Assembly: GCF_009914755.1 (NCBI RefSeq)
Contig: NC_060934.1
Reading direction: 5' to 3' (one strand)
From: the human T2T-CHM13v2.0 reference genome, Homo sapiens
Length of the DNA: 64,000 nucleotides
Shown: positions 14,151 to 29,530 of the stretch, one piece after another
Layout of the letters: each line of letters begins with the position of its first letter
Position numbering within the stretch: position 1 is the stretch's first letter
The notes under the pieces: model-generated
Databases searched by the model: none
What the model saw: only the letters and a program-made list of their open reading frames with translations
What the model was told of the DNA's origin: nothing
Translations under genes and position numbers: made by a program

Positions 14151-15239
14151 TCAGTGCCTTTTCTAAAAAAAAAAATCATAGCATATAAAAAGATATTTTA
14201 ATCTTTTTGCATGTTCTTTGAATACAGAGCTTATCATTTGATATAAATACAGCTCATAATTCATAGTTTTTTGGCCTTCTTTTACATTTTTTTCTTTCCC
14301 CCTTCAATTTACAGTGATACCTACTCTTGGCAAAGCCAGCAACTTTAAACTAAACATAACAGTTTCCACCTACCCCAAACCTGTATCTTTTCATGGGTCT
14401 CCTACTAGGTTAACTTCTATTCATCAAATTAATTACCAAATTCAGTTCAGATCAGAAAAGATTTTGGAATTTACTACATGCCTATAATGATGCTAGACAC
14501 AAACACTGATATCGAAGTAAGCTTCACACCCATGCATCCCTTTTCATTTTTTTCTACTCCATCTTAATAATCTCCTTATTGATCCTCCTCCCTTAGTTCT
14601 TCTTTTTCTCATAAAGATTCTATTTTTGGTCAGTATTCTAAGCTATTATCTCTAGAGAGTCTATATATAATTTATAACATAAAGAAGATACCAACATAGG
14701 CCAAGACCATGGTAAAGAAAGAAGTTACACACACTATCTTGATATCATCTGATTCACTTTGTTTTTAAAATTCCTGTAGTTGATTGACTCAAAATATCTA
14801 AGTAAGCAGAATTGTGTAACATAATTGTTCAAATCTTCTTTCCAGAAGTATTTTCCCTCTGGAGGTAATGGTTTGATACTTCATATCTATCTTAATGAAA
14901 TGTATCTACTATGCCATCATATCATATATGATGTTATATAATTTTTCTCTTCAGTCTATATAATGCTGTAATGTAATAAATGCATCACTGACCCTGTCTG
15001 ATGGCATTGCCAAGCTCCTCTGTTTGGTAAAAGAGCCTGAAACAATAGTAGTTATATGTTGACTTATTGATAATGAAGAAAAATTCCCAAGGCCAGGCTG
15101 ATATTTACATATCAAGAGCTTTGCATTGAGAAAAATGTTGTGTTCTTGACATGAAAATAAAAGGTTCTCACATTTGTTTTCCTGTCCTGGAAAAATTATT
15201 AAACAGAATAAGTGAGCAGAGTTGAGCTGCTTGATACCT

Positions 15240-16600
<1,361 letters not shown>

Positions 16601-17509
16601 AACCACTTCCGTAGTCTGAATGACTCCATCATGGTAAACTCCTTCCCTCTTAGAGCCACCCCCCTGACATAACAATCTCTTGTTTACCTAGTGCTTGTCA
16701 AATGTACTTCCACTGCTAAAATACCCATGATTCATGGAAAAAATGATGGCGAAAAGTCATTCCTTTTCTTTTTGTATGGCCCACTTTTGAATTTTTGCAT
16801 TGCTTTTTCTAATTACTCTTTCTCTTGATCACAGGGGACAAAGATATTCTTGTCTAGACACTGCCATAAATCTAAAATTTTGGCTTTGGGGAACAGGTAA
16901 AAACATTAGAGCAACCTGCTGTCAGACCCACTTCATGCATAAGGCAACTAAGATCCTGCAAAGGTGATGTGATGTTTTGGAAGTTTATATAAATAATGCT
17001 ATTCCCTGCCTTCTAGTGCAAGTAACAATAACACTGCGTTTTTGTAATGCAGCTATATCAAGCCAGCAGCTTATAGACTTTCTGGTGATGAGCATATTCT
17101 TTTTGAGACAATATTTTAAAATCAGAAGGCTTCACATAGAACTATGTAGAAACAATTGAGAGATACTGTGGATCTTAGCCCTGTGTTCCATGTAACACTT
17201 AAAATGCTATTGCTTTGGGTTCCTGTCAATAGCTCGGTGGTACCTATTGTTTTGATGTCAGATAACTCTGCCCATACACCCTGTCTGACTCCCATACACC
17301 TGTCTGACATTTATCTTTGCAAGCCAACCTTGGCATCATACACTTACAAAAAATTCAATATCTACTATAATACAAGTAAGGCAATACAGAACTGGAATAT
17401 ATATACACAAAAACATTTAGATAGACATATACATGATTGCACACCCACATATTAAGTTACCTACGTTTATCATATGGTTCAAGTGATGTCAGACAAGCAT
17501 GAGGATTCA

Positions 17510-17700
17510 GAGGAGGCTTTGGAGTTAAACAGCCTGGCTTCAACTTTCACTTTATCACTGAGTAACTATGTAGCACTGGGAAAGTCTCCTGAACTTACTG
17601 AGACATGGTTTCTTAATTTGCAAGATGAATATGATGGCATTTTTGGGGAAAAAAATAAAGAAACTGAGTGAAACTTTTAGCAAAGTGCCCAGTGTTCATA
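17510..17700 (+). mobile_element. MIR SINE
   Basis: ggctttggagttaaacagcctggcttcaa...ctgggaaagtctcctgaactt...gtttcttaatttgcaagatg. Confidence 0.7.
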
Positions 17701-19222
17701 GATTGAGATTTCTTGCAGGCTGGGAACTGGCACCAAGGTCTCCTGACTTCCAGGCAGAGATTTTTCCCATCATGTCACTTTTTTACACTCACTATCTCTT
17801 ATGTGTCACCCTAGTCCCTAGTCTCTGCTGCTGTGTAATGTAAAAGATTCATGAGGTGGGAAGAGTCTGAAAGGTCTCATAACCAAGCACTTTATGAGTG
17901 ACTGAACATTTTTGACATTCTGTGCTAACAAAAGCCACCCTCAAAGATTTTTATATGGGGAAACTGAAGATTGCTCTGTGTGGGCAGTGGCTCACTGAGT
18001 CATATATTCAGTTTGATCCTGAGTAGGACTACTGTAGATGGTTTTATGTCTAATTAGCCATGACTGTTAAAGACTTAAAAAAATGAGAATAATCAAATTT
18101 TATGCTTCACTAGGTCAATCAATGGCTATGGAAGTGCAGCTGCTCTCCTTTACAAATGCTTCCAAGAGTTTTTCACAATTCATTGGACACCTAAGTGGGT
18201 GATTTTACCTCTGTTGAACTAATGACTTGTAAAATTTATCTGAACCCCAAGTCCAGACCACTCAATTCAATGTCTAGATGCAACCAGGCTTCAAATTCTC
18301 AATTTTCTTCCTTCTTTCTCCACTTTCAGGCATTTGCTGTGAATCTTACAATACCTTTGCTGATTGTATGAGCAAATAGCACATAAGAAAACTCAGACTG
18401 AGGGAGCAGACATGCTTTTTGAGACAGTATTCCCTAAGCCTCTGGAACCTCATAAATGAAAGTATCTGAAGCTTGCATGACAACATTCCTCAAAGTTTGG
18501 TGCTTGGCTTACCTGCCCCAGAATTACTTGTTGTCAATTATAAAAACCACAAAAATAACACGCAAAAAAGTAAAATAAACAAGAAAATGAAATAGAGAAA
18601 GAGAGAGAATAAAAGAAACCTTTCAAGCTCATACTGTAACAAACTTTGCAATCTCTGGAGGGAAGACGCAGGAATCTGCCTTTGTAACACATGCATTTCT
18701 AATGTCACTGATGCACAGACAACTATGAGATTTCCTGAGCAATTTGCTCAATCAATGAATATTTAGAGTAGTATGACAGTTTGAGAATTGTTTGAAATGT
18801 ATGGAAACTATTGGAATTACTTCAGCAACACATCTTACAATGTAGGAGGAATCATAGAACCTTTGAAGTTATAGGACCAACCCTCTAGGAGTATACAGTG
18901 CTCTTCAATTCCTTGCATACAATAAAACCAGAAAAGGGGTAAAGGAGGTGACATGATTTAAGATAGGCCATTAAGTATAGTCAGGATTTTATTTTATTTA
19001 TTTATTCATTTTTTTTTATTATACTTTAAGTTTTAGGGTACATGTGCACATTGTGCAGGTTAGTTACATATGGATACATATGCCATGCTGGTGCGCTGCA
19101 CCCACTAACTCCTCGTCTAGCATTAGGTATATCTCCCAATGCTATCCCTCCCCCCTCCCCCCACCCCACAACAGTCCCCAGAGTGTGATATTCCCCTTCC
19201 TGTGTCCATGTGATCTCATTGT

Positions 19223-21079
<1,857 letters not shown>

Positions 21080-22099
21080 TAAAGAAACTGCAAATGTGTA
21101 CACTGTTTCCAAAAGTAGTAATGGCAGGAATACTTTTTGTGTTGCATTGTAGTATCTTGTATTGATGGAAATCTCTAGATCTAGTTTATGGTGTACCCAG
21201 TGTGAACCTGGCTGAGATATTTGACTCTCAAAGTCTCCTCCTCCAAAGTAGACCAGTTCCACTTTGGGCTTAAAGTGATGGGAAGCTGAGGCAAGACAGA
21301 ATGAAGGCCCTGAGATGGCAACCAAAACCTCCACAAACAGCAGGAAAAAATGGAAAATGGGGAACAGAATAAAGGCAGAGACACACCCGTCTCTGCTTGT
21401 CCTTCTACCTGGATCCCAAGGGGCTACCTCTCCACTCTGAAAACCAAAGAATCACCTCTAAAGAAATTTGTATGTGTATGAGGATCAACCTACAGAACTT
21501 AGCACTGTAAAATATTGTTGAAGTGGAAACTGGAAACCACATTCATTTTATTTAAATCTAAAATAGAGAATTATATTTTTCTCAGGATTTTGTATTGGAT
21601 TTAATGGGTTTTGTTTTTTGTTTGTTTGTTTGATTTTTTGGTAAATCCTGGATAGCTTGGAAGATCTACATATGATGAACATGTGCTTTTTTTTCTGGTT
21701 TGTAAAATCGAAGAAATAACATTTTTATTCTTTCTCTTTCCATCCCCTGACTAGATTAGTATTGCTCATTAACACTGTTCTGGAGCTGTAGTTAGTTCTG
21801 AGGTGGTATTTGAGTATGGTGTGTGGGCACTCATGCAGGTTTATCTGCTGAAGTTGCTTGCATTCCTAGTGGCAAGTGGAAGCAAAGCTTACATGGGAGA
21901 GTCTTCTGGTTGCTGTGCTCTGCCTACTTCTTATAGTAAGGCCTCATTGCTATTGGCAGTGAAAGGTACTGCCAGACTTTATCCAAAATATTAGTCTAAG
22001 CATCACAACTACACAGGATATTCATGTACACAATTAGTACACTGGAAATATAGTTTTCTTAAATCACCCTATATAGATTTCTCCTACCTTTCATGAAAA

Positions 22100-22520
22100 G
22101 TACTTTAACTTCTCTCTGGGGCTCAATAGCTTCCCTGCCCTCAGGCTGTGTTCTTTCAATGTGGCCGATCCCACTCCAGTTCCAGACATGGGCATAAGAC
22201 TTAAGCCCAAGCCAAGAAACACATTTCATTCCCTTGACTATAAACATTGTGGTGAGGGTAGTTATGAAATCACAGTGGGGCCAGTTTGAACCAATCAGAG
22301 GAGAGATTGATCAGAAAAGAGAAAGATTTTTTTTAATTGCTATTTCTCTTCTTTTTTCCTGGATTTAATCCTGCATAGAGTAGGAGAACCTATCTGAGAA
22401 TGAGGCCAGCACACATAATGGGAGAAGATGACTGGAGATAAATTTCATGGATGATATCATTTGACTACTAAGTCAAGCTATGCATGAGGATAAATGTTAT
22501 CTTGGACTTTTTTAAGTTTT
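22100..22520 (+). mobile_element. Old MaLR LTR (MLT1J/K-like)
   Basis: aaccaatcagag...gagaatgaggccagcacac...gatgatatcatttga...caagctatgcatga. Confidence 0.45.
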
Positions 22521-23052
22521 ATTACAAAATATAGTCTTATTATACTTTTGGCATCAAGAACATTTATTTGTTTGCATATTTTCATTTTCCACTTATGAGT
22601 GTCCTGATGCTAATTTTTAATAATAAAATGCATTTGCTTCTTCCAAAGTTTATTAGACATTTCAGCAATATGACATCATTCTTTTGGCTAGATATCAGTA
22701 CACAGTACCATTTTACTTTAGTTCCAAATCCTTTCCATCTCCTTCATGTATTTTTCTAGTGAATGACCTATAAACAAACATGTATAGTGAAAAGACTGCC
22801 ACTTAAAGGGCTTCTTTGTTTAATCTCAACACACAGATTGTTTTGAAAGTTGAGTTTTGTCATCTAATACATTACTATGGTAAAATATGGCTTTCATATG
22901 CTTGATTTTCTAAAGCATGTATTCACCTATAAGATATTCTCATTCTTGAGTCCTACTTGGTCTACTGATGCTTGGTCCACTGGTTTTAGTATAAAACTAA
23001 AGACATTAGGTATTATTAAAATATAATAATACCAACTTATTGAAAGATAACG

Positions 23053-23140
23053 CCTCCCCTCCCCTCTTCTCTCCTCTCCTGCCCTTCCTTCCTTCCTTCC
23101 TTCCTTCCTTCCTTCCTTCTTTCCCTCCTTCCTTCCTTCT
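23053..23140. repeat. (CCTT)n / pyrimidine-rich simple repeat
   Basis: cttccttccttcc run visible directly. Confidence 0.95.
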
Positions 23141-24249
23141 TGTGAGGGTGGGGTATTGAAGGGATAAAATGCCCAGAGGAAAACTCCAAGATGGGATGGG
23201 AGACATAGGTCCAATATATCAGAAGGTTAAATTGAGTGGGCTTATGAGAGAAGCAGGAGAAAGGGAGGCTAGAGAGCCAATAAAACAAAGTTCATAGTGA
23301 TAACTGGAACAGAATAGACCTCAAAGGCTTAAAGATGTCAAAGTCCCTGCATTTTTTCCTACCTTCAGAATCTACCACCTTCAGTCATGGAGAAGTCTTG
23401 ATGAAGTTACCCAATCTATAACAATTCTATGCTGTGCATGCTGATTGAATTATCTTCATCAATGCATTCTGTTTTGCTTTTATCTTTTGCAGGTAACACA
23501 GTTTCTCACTCATTGAAGCTCCTCCAACATTTCTAGAAATATGGAGTACAAAAAGAATACGTAGGTTTTGTTAATTCTATAGATTGAATTAGAACTCCCA
23601 AATGATTTTTCAAATGAATATCCCCTCTCAAATCATTTAACTTTTTAAAGAGGTAATTTCACTCTCCAATTAGTATTTTCTAGTAATTGTACTTAAATGT
23701 CTCATAAAGTGCTCAGTAAATGTTACTTCAGCTTTTACTACCTCTTGCTAGAAACAGTTTCTCTTCTTTTTTATTAGGAACCAGCATCCTAACTAACCAG
23801 CTCCTTCAGAATGAGTTTACTAAAGGATATATTTTCTAAGGAATATCCACATTGTATATTTAGGGTTCATGCCAAGCTGTTATTGTTGTATGCCTTAACT
23901 GATTACTAAGGATTTATTGCTAGCCACTTCAAACACATACTCGGTAGTGTCCTCTCCATTGGCCAACCTGTTTCTCCGACCTTCCATCTACTTGAAAACA
24001 TCCATGACTGTACATGACTCTATCAATTCCCTGGGCAGGGGTTGGGGGGATTTACTGATATATGTTCTTTTGCTATTTATTGAATCCTCTCATTTTGTTT
24101 AGTATTGTCCTGGATGTTACAGAGGATGTAATGACTAACCACATAAGAATACTGTCCTCAAGAAATATACAGTCTAATAGAAAGAAATGAAGACCAATAA
24201 TTTGGGATCAGTTCTGGAAGGGAGAAAGTCAAAACAGGTCTTACAGTAT

Positions 24250-24600
24250 AAATTGAAGGTGTGAGCAGGGTTGTGTTCTGTCTGGAGTTTCTAGGGTAGA
24301 ATTGGTTCCTTGGCCTTTCTAGCTTTGAGAGGCTGCCCACATTCCCTGGTTCTCAATCTCACACTCTGACCTCCACTTATATTGTCACATCTCCTTTGCT
24401 AACTCTGACCCATACACCTTATAAGGACCCCTGTGATTACAATGGGCCCACTGGCTAATCTGCAATAATCTCCCTATCTCAAAATCTTTAATTTAATTAC
24501 ATCTGCAAAGCCTTTTTTGTCATGTAAAGCAACATATTTATAAGTTCTAAGATTAAGACATGAATATTTTTGTGGTGGGGACAATATTCTGCCTGTCATA
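24250..24600 (-). mobile_element. MLT1 (B/C/D-like) LTR
   Basis: ataaggacccctgtgattacaatgggccca...aataatctccctatctcaaaatctttaatttaattacatctgcaaag. Confidence 0.85.
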
Positions 24601-25208
24601 GTCTCTATGTTGTTAGTGAAATAAAAATGCTCACGGAGCCATTTAGAAAAGGCCTATCACCTCCAAACTCGCCTTTCCATCACTTTTGAACAGTAGGTGG
24701 ATTGTACCACCTAAATGTTTCCTGGATTCATCCTATAAAAGTCCCTTACTGGAAGCCACACACTGAAGAACAGAGTCAGAAGTTGAGTCATAAAACCAAC
24801 TTGCTTACTATGGAAAGGATGAAGCCCAAATCATATTAAGTTACCAGCTGAAAATCACAAGGATATGTAGCTGTTACATGACATGGCCTTTTCACATGTG
24901 TGAATATAAATTTATATGAATCTAAAAACATATAAAATCTTTCAGTGAAGAAATGAATCAATCAATAAATATATTATCTTTATCTTCTTCTTTTCCCCTG
25001 TTCTTTCCCAGGACCTTAATCAAGCACCTATTTTGGGACAAGCACCACTGAGAATACAATGGCAGAAGACCATCTTACCCTCAAGAAACATTGCACTCAC
25101 AGAGAAAAAATAAGACAAAGTGCAGACTCTGTCTATGGCAAGAAATATAAAGAAAACTATGTTTCATGTGAGTTCAGAACAGAGAGAAATCACTTCATCA
25201 TCTCATAA

Positions 25209-25905
25209 TGTTACTGGTGAAGAGATCGAAGTTACGCCGAGTTACTGGCTGCGAATCCCTATACATCTGCAGCATCTTGAATTCTTGCCTCCTCAGAAGA
25301 AAGAATTTGACTGAGGGGCATAAAGCAGAAAAAGAGACTGAGATGAGTTCCAGAGCAGTAGTAGAAGTTTGTTTAAAAGGCCTTAGAACAGAAAAGAAAG
25401 GAAAGTTCACTTGGAAGAGATCCAAGAGGGTTCATGAAGGTTAAAGAGAGAGAAGTTCAAGTGCCCCATTGAACCATGATCCTAGGACTTTCATAGGTGC
25501 ACCTCTTTCCCATGATTCTTCCATTAGGGTGCGCTTTCCTCTTGCACAGTGTTCTCCTTATCCTTGGGAATGGAGCACCTGCACTATGTTTAGGGAGTTA
25601 TATGCTTGCCAACCTGAGGCTTTCTTCCCTTTTTCCAAAGGGGCGTACCCAGAAGATCATACGTCACCATTTTTTTCTCTTAATGTTCATGCCTAGAAAG
25701 TTGCTTCTTTCTGGGGTGTACATTCAATTAATATTTTGGTGTTAATAGGTGTGGACCATCAGGAAATGACCTCTCCATGGCACAGGCTGCCAATTTATCC
25801 CCTCTAGAGAGGCAATGATATAACCGGCAAACCATCACCTGACATTTCTAGTGGGTGGGGGAAAGAGCCCTCTCTTGCCCTGCTCATGCCTGACTACCTG
25901 TAATA
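25209..25905 (-). mobile_element. ERV1 MER4-group solo LTR (MER50-like)
   Basis: tgttac...ctcagaagaaagaatttgactgaggggcataa...ccctgctcatgcctgactacctgtaata; 4 bp TSD ataa/gtaa (one mismatch). Confidence 0.75.
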
Positions 25906-25925
25906 GTAAAATACTTACAGTGCCC

Positions 25926-25926
<1 letters not shown>

Positions 25927-25973
<47 letters not shown>
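25927..25973. repeat. (CA)n microsatellite, about 23 units
   Basis: Direct. Confidence 0.97.
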
Positions 25974-25974
<1 letters not shown>

Positions 25975-27134
25975 CTCCCTCATGTAGACAGGGACAGTGT
26001 TTTGTCCCCACTCTTTTTGTTGTTATTGAGGCAGAGAAGCTATATCAATCATCTCAGATTATAAAACTAAAAAGTGATGAAATAGGATTAAAAACCTGTT
26101 ACCCAAATTATAATTTATTATTTCACCTTCTCCCTCAAAAAAGACAAAATGCAAAAATAAAAAAAAAAGAACACAATAAACAAACAAATGCTAATGTTTA
26201 AATCTCTTACAACATAGCAATAAAGAAATCATGCTGGCCCACATCCAATTACAAATTCAAAGCTGACTGAGTTCAATATGTGAATTATGTATCAAACAAC
26301 TCTATTAATGCAAAGATAATTTAAACCTTAAAATTAAATATTAATTTCCATGAAGCATTCCTCCTTCTTTCTTTTCTAGGTTCTAAATCATCCTACATTT
26401 TTGCCAGAGGAGCAATTAGATATTTTACAAATATATCAATATTTTTCTACACTGAGAATGACATGACCAAGTGCCTGGTGCCGCCTCATGAGTCCAGCTC
26501 TGGGAAGAAGGGAGATTCCTTGCTTGGCTTTTTCAAATTGACATGGCATTTCCTTTGTTCGATAATATAAGCCTTTAAAATAAATAACAAATAATGTGCA
26601 AAAGAAAAATTAACTACATAATATATCGTAAACATAAATTATGTACAGTGAAGTGGAACATGACTCTATTTGAGCATAAGGGAAGATAAATATAGCTCTA
26701 CCATATACATTCACATTCCGTGTACCTTGAACTCTTTTTTAAAAATTTTAGTAACATTTTCTATCACTGGAAATGATAATGATCTTGCCTCCTAGTTTCT
26801 ACTGTTATATTGTCAAGAGTTAATCTAATTGTAAATATACTTGTAAAAGATACTTGTGCTATGATAGTCCATTGACGTTTACGATTTCAGAATTTTAAAA
26901 TATTTTCTGAATACCCTAAAAGTAAAGATTTAGTAAAAATCACAGCTAAGTTATAAGATTATTGTGAAGATTAAATAAGACAGTGTATGCAGAGTGTCCA
27001 GACTAAATTGAATAAAGGTAACTGTGAGACTGGCATAAAAGAGCAAGTTAGGCAGCTAATGAGTGTGCCTACTCAGTGGCCCTTCCTTCTTGTCTCAATT
27101 ATTTTTAGGTTCCCTACACATTGTAGACTCTGCA

Positions 27135-27370
27135 ACACAGAGGTTAAGGCATGTGGAGTAGAACTGCTTGAATGCCAACTCCATTTACTAGCTGTGTGGT
27201 TCAGCACATTACTTAATTCTTCTAAGCCTCCGTTTTCTTAGACTCACAAGGTTATAATTACTGCACTTAGGTCATGGGACTGCTGTGAGGATGAAAAAGA
27301 GAAAGCATATGTTTAAGGTGTTGAGAATAGTAGATGGAACATAAACAGTGCTTAGTAAACTTTTAGCGAT
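27135..27370 (+). mobile_element. MIR SINE
   Basis: ccatttactagctgtgtg...ttacttaattcttctaagcctccgtttt...ctgtgaggatgaaa...gtgcttagtaaac. Confidence 0.75.
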
Positions 27371-27684
27371 AATACCAAGACTAGTGGTTTGCAGAAATAT
27401 CTGAATATATCTCTCCAGAGTGCCAAGGGTCTACTATTTATGCAGTAAATGACAGCATGGTAACAACAGTTTTCAGATTTTATGACATCTAATCTGTATA
27501 ATTGTTAAAACTTTTTTCCATCCCATAGTGTCTCTTGAAATATGCAGAAATTAAACATATATGGCACAAATACTGTTACACTTCTTCCTAATCTATGACA
27601 ATTAAAACCAATAAATTCACGAATTATTTCTGGGTTTTGGAAAACCCTTAGAATTATTCTAAACACAAATCCAGACCAGCAGCA

Positions 27685-28165
27685 TGTTTGTTTACTATTG
27701 CTACTGTAACAAATTACCACAGTTTTTTTAGATTAAAATAACAGAAATTTATTTGTTTGCAGTTACAGATAAAAGAAGTTCAAAATTAACCTTATGAGGC
27801 TAAAAATCAACAGTTCTATACAACTGTTACCTCTGGAAGCTCCAAGGGAGAATTAATTTCCTGTCTCTTCCAGCTTCCTGTGTTGGGTGGCATGCCTTTG
27901 CTTGTGGTCAAACTACTTCAACTTCATGCCTCCATTGTCTTAAATCTTACTCTCTTTTCTGTACTCAAATCTCTCTCTGCCTCTCTTCTAAAGACACTTG
28001 TGATTATATTTAGGACACACTCATATATCCAGGAAAATATCCTTATCTCAAAACCTTTAATTTACTTACATCTGTGACACATCTTTTTCCATATAAGGCA
28101 AAAGTTCACAGATTCCAGAGAGTAGAATGTGGATGTGTTGGGGAGCTATTATTCAGCCTACCAGG
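27685..28165 (-). mobile_element. MLT1 (C/D-like) LTR
   Basis: tattgctactgtaacaaattaccac...ctctggaagctccaagggagaat...tattcagcctacca. Confidence 0.85.
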
Positions 28166-29349
28166 ACCACAATTAATGGGTAATAGCCTGCACATGAGAT
28201 TCAGAAGGAACTGACTTGATGGAGTCAAGAAGACAAATTTGGGTTAGGGGAGAACAAAAAAATGACTGAAGTCTTCTGTAGCATCTGCTAAGGTTATTCA
28301 ATCTTGTGAATACTCATCTGTATTATGCCAGCTAAATGATTTGTAGAAACATAAATCTAGCTCATTTTCAAAATTTGTCAATGAGAAACCTCAAATAATA
28401 TAATATTTAGATATTTATATAATATTTAGGTGCTGAAGTAAAACTGACCAAAAAGTTTACCTTTGCAACTGGGTGGTGAAGGGAAGAATACAGAGAATGA
28501 GAATTGGCAGTTCTCTTTTAATATGTGGATAAATACTATCCCATTTCTTCAATCACTTATGAGGAGATCAATAAAGTCTTAAGGAAAGATTACAGAACAA
28601 AAGAGAAATAACATCGAATTTTAGGCAACTTGATTTCAGGGCATAATCTTTGGGTTATATTACTATGATCTTTGAGATAAATTCTTAATCTAAATTAATA
28701 ATTGGGTATTTTCAGGTTTGCAATGAAAATACAGAATAAATGATGGAAAGGTCTCTATTACTATGCCCTAATAAATGTGAAGGAAAACAGGACTTGGTGA
28801 CTTCTTGATAATGACTATCTCCAGCATATTTCCCTATAGTCAGTTTTTCTTTATTATGTTAAAATAGTTTTAAAATAGTTACATATCTCCAATTGGCCCC
28901 TAATCTGATCACTGAAGTTCTAGAAGTCATTGTTTCTATACCGAACCTATTATAGTTAATTGGACCACAAATAGACACTGAATTTAAGTTAAAACAATAA
29001 ACTTTTCTCATATGGGATTTTTGAAATCCATCTGATATTTTTATGGAGCAAGTCTGTACATTTCTGAACCTGTCTAAACTGGCAATATATATGTTTTAGA
29101 ATTTAGAGGCAGCAGTAAAATTTCATTTGGAAAGTTGGGAAGCAGGGCAGATTACGGATGAGAACTAAGAGAGGCCAAGTCTAAAAACTGGGAAAAGAAT
29201 AAGCTTTTCCCCAGGATCCAGTTCTTTTCTTAGGTTTGACTATATTGTTCAGTAACATTGCTTACACTCAACTTTTGCAGTCAAAGTCAATAGGAGGCAT
29301 ACGATTGACACATAATGCTATTGTGGACATCCTTCTCGAACTTTCCCAC

Positions 29350-29530
29350 CTCTTCATGATGCTTATGCTTTAAAGAACATTCTTATTAATCCTTACAATA
29401 ACCATGAGGTAGATATTGATATTTACATTTTACAGATGGACAGATGGATACTCAGATTGATTGAAATAAGCTTAATGCTAAGTAGCTAGTAGAAGACAAG
29501 TTTGGAATGCTAACCCAGGATTACTGGTAG
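29350..29530 (-). mobile_element. MIR SINE fragment
   Basis: taatccttacaataaccatgaggtagatatt...cattttacagatg. Confidence 0.65.

Noticed and set aside
18301-18335. Strong-looking splice acceptor (also near 23490, 25010, 26378)
   Set aside because: Isolated polypyrimidine-AG sites with no matched donor or coding frame; common by chance in AT-rich DNA.
22927-23288. ORFs with EGRK repeats
   Set aside because: Translation of (CCTT)n.
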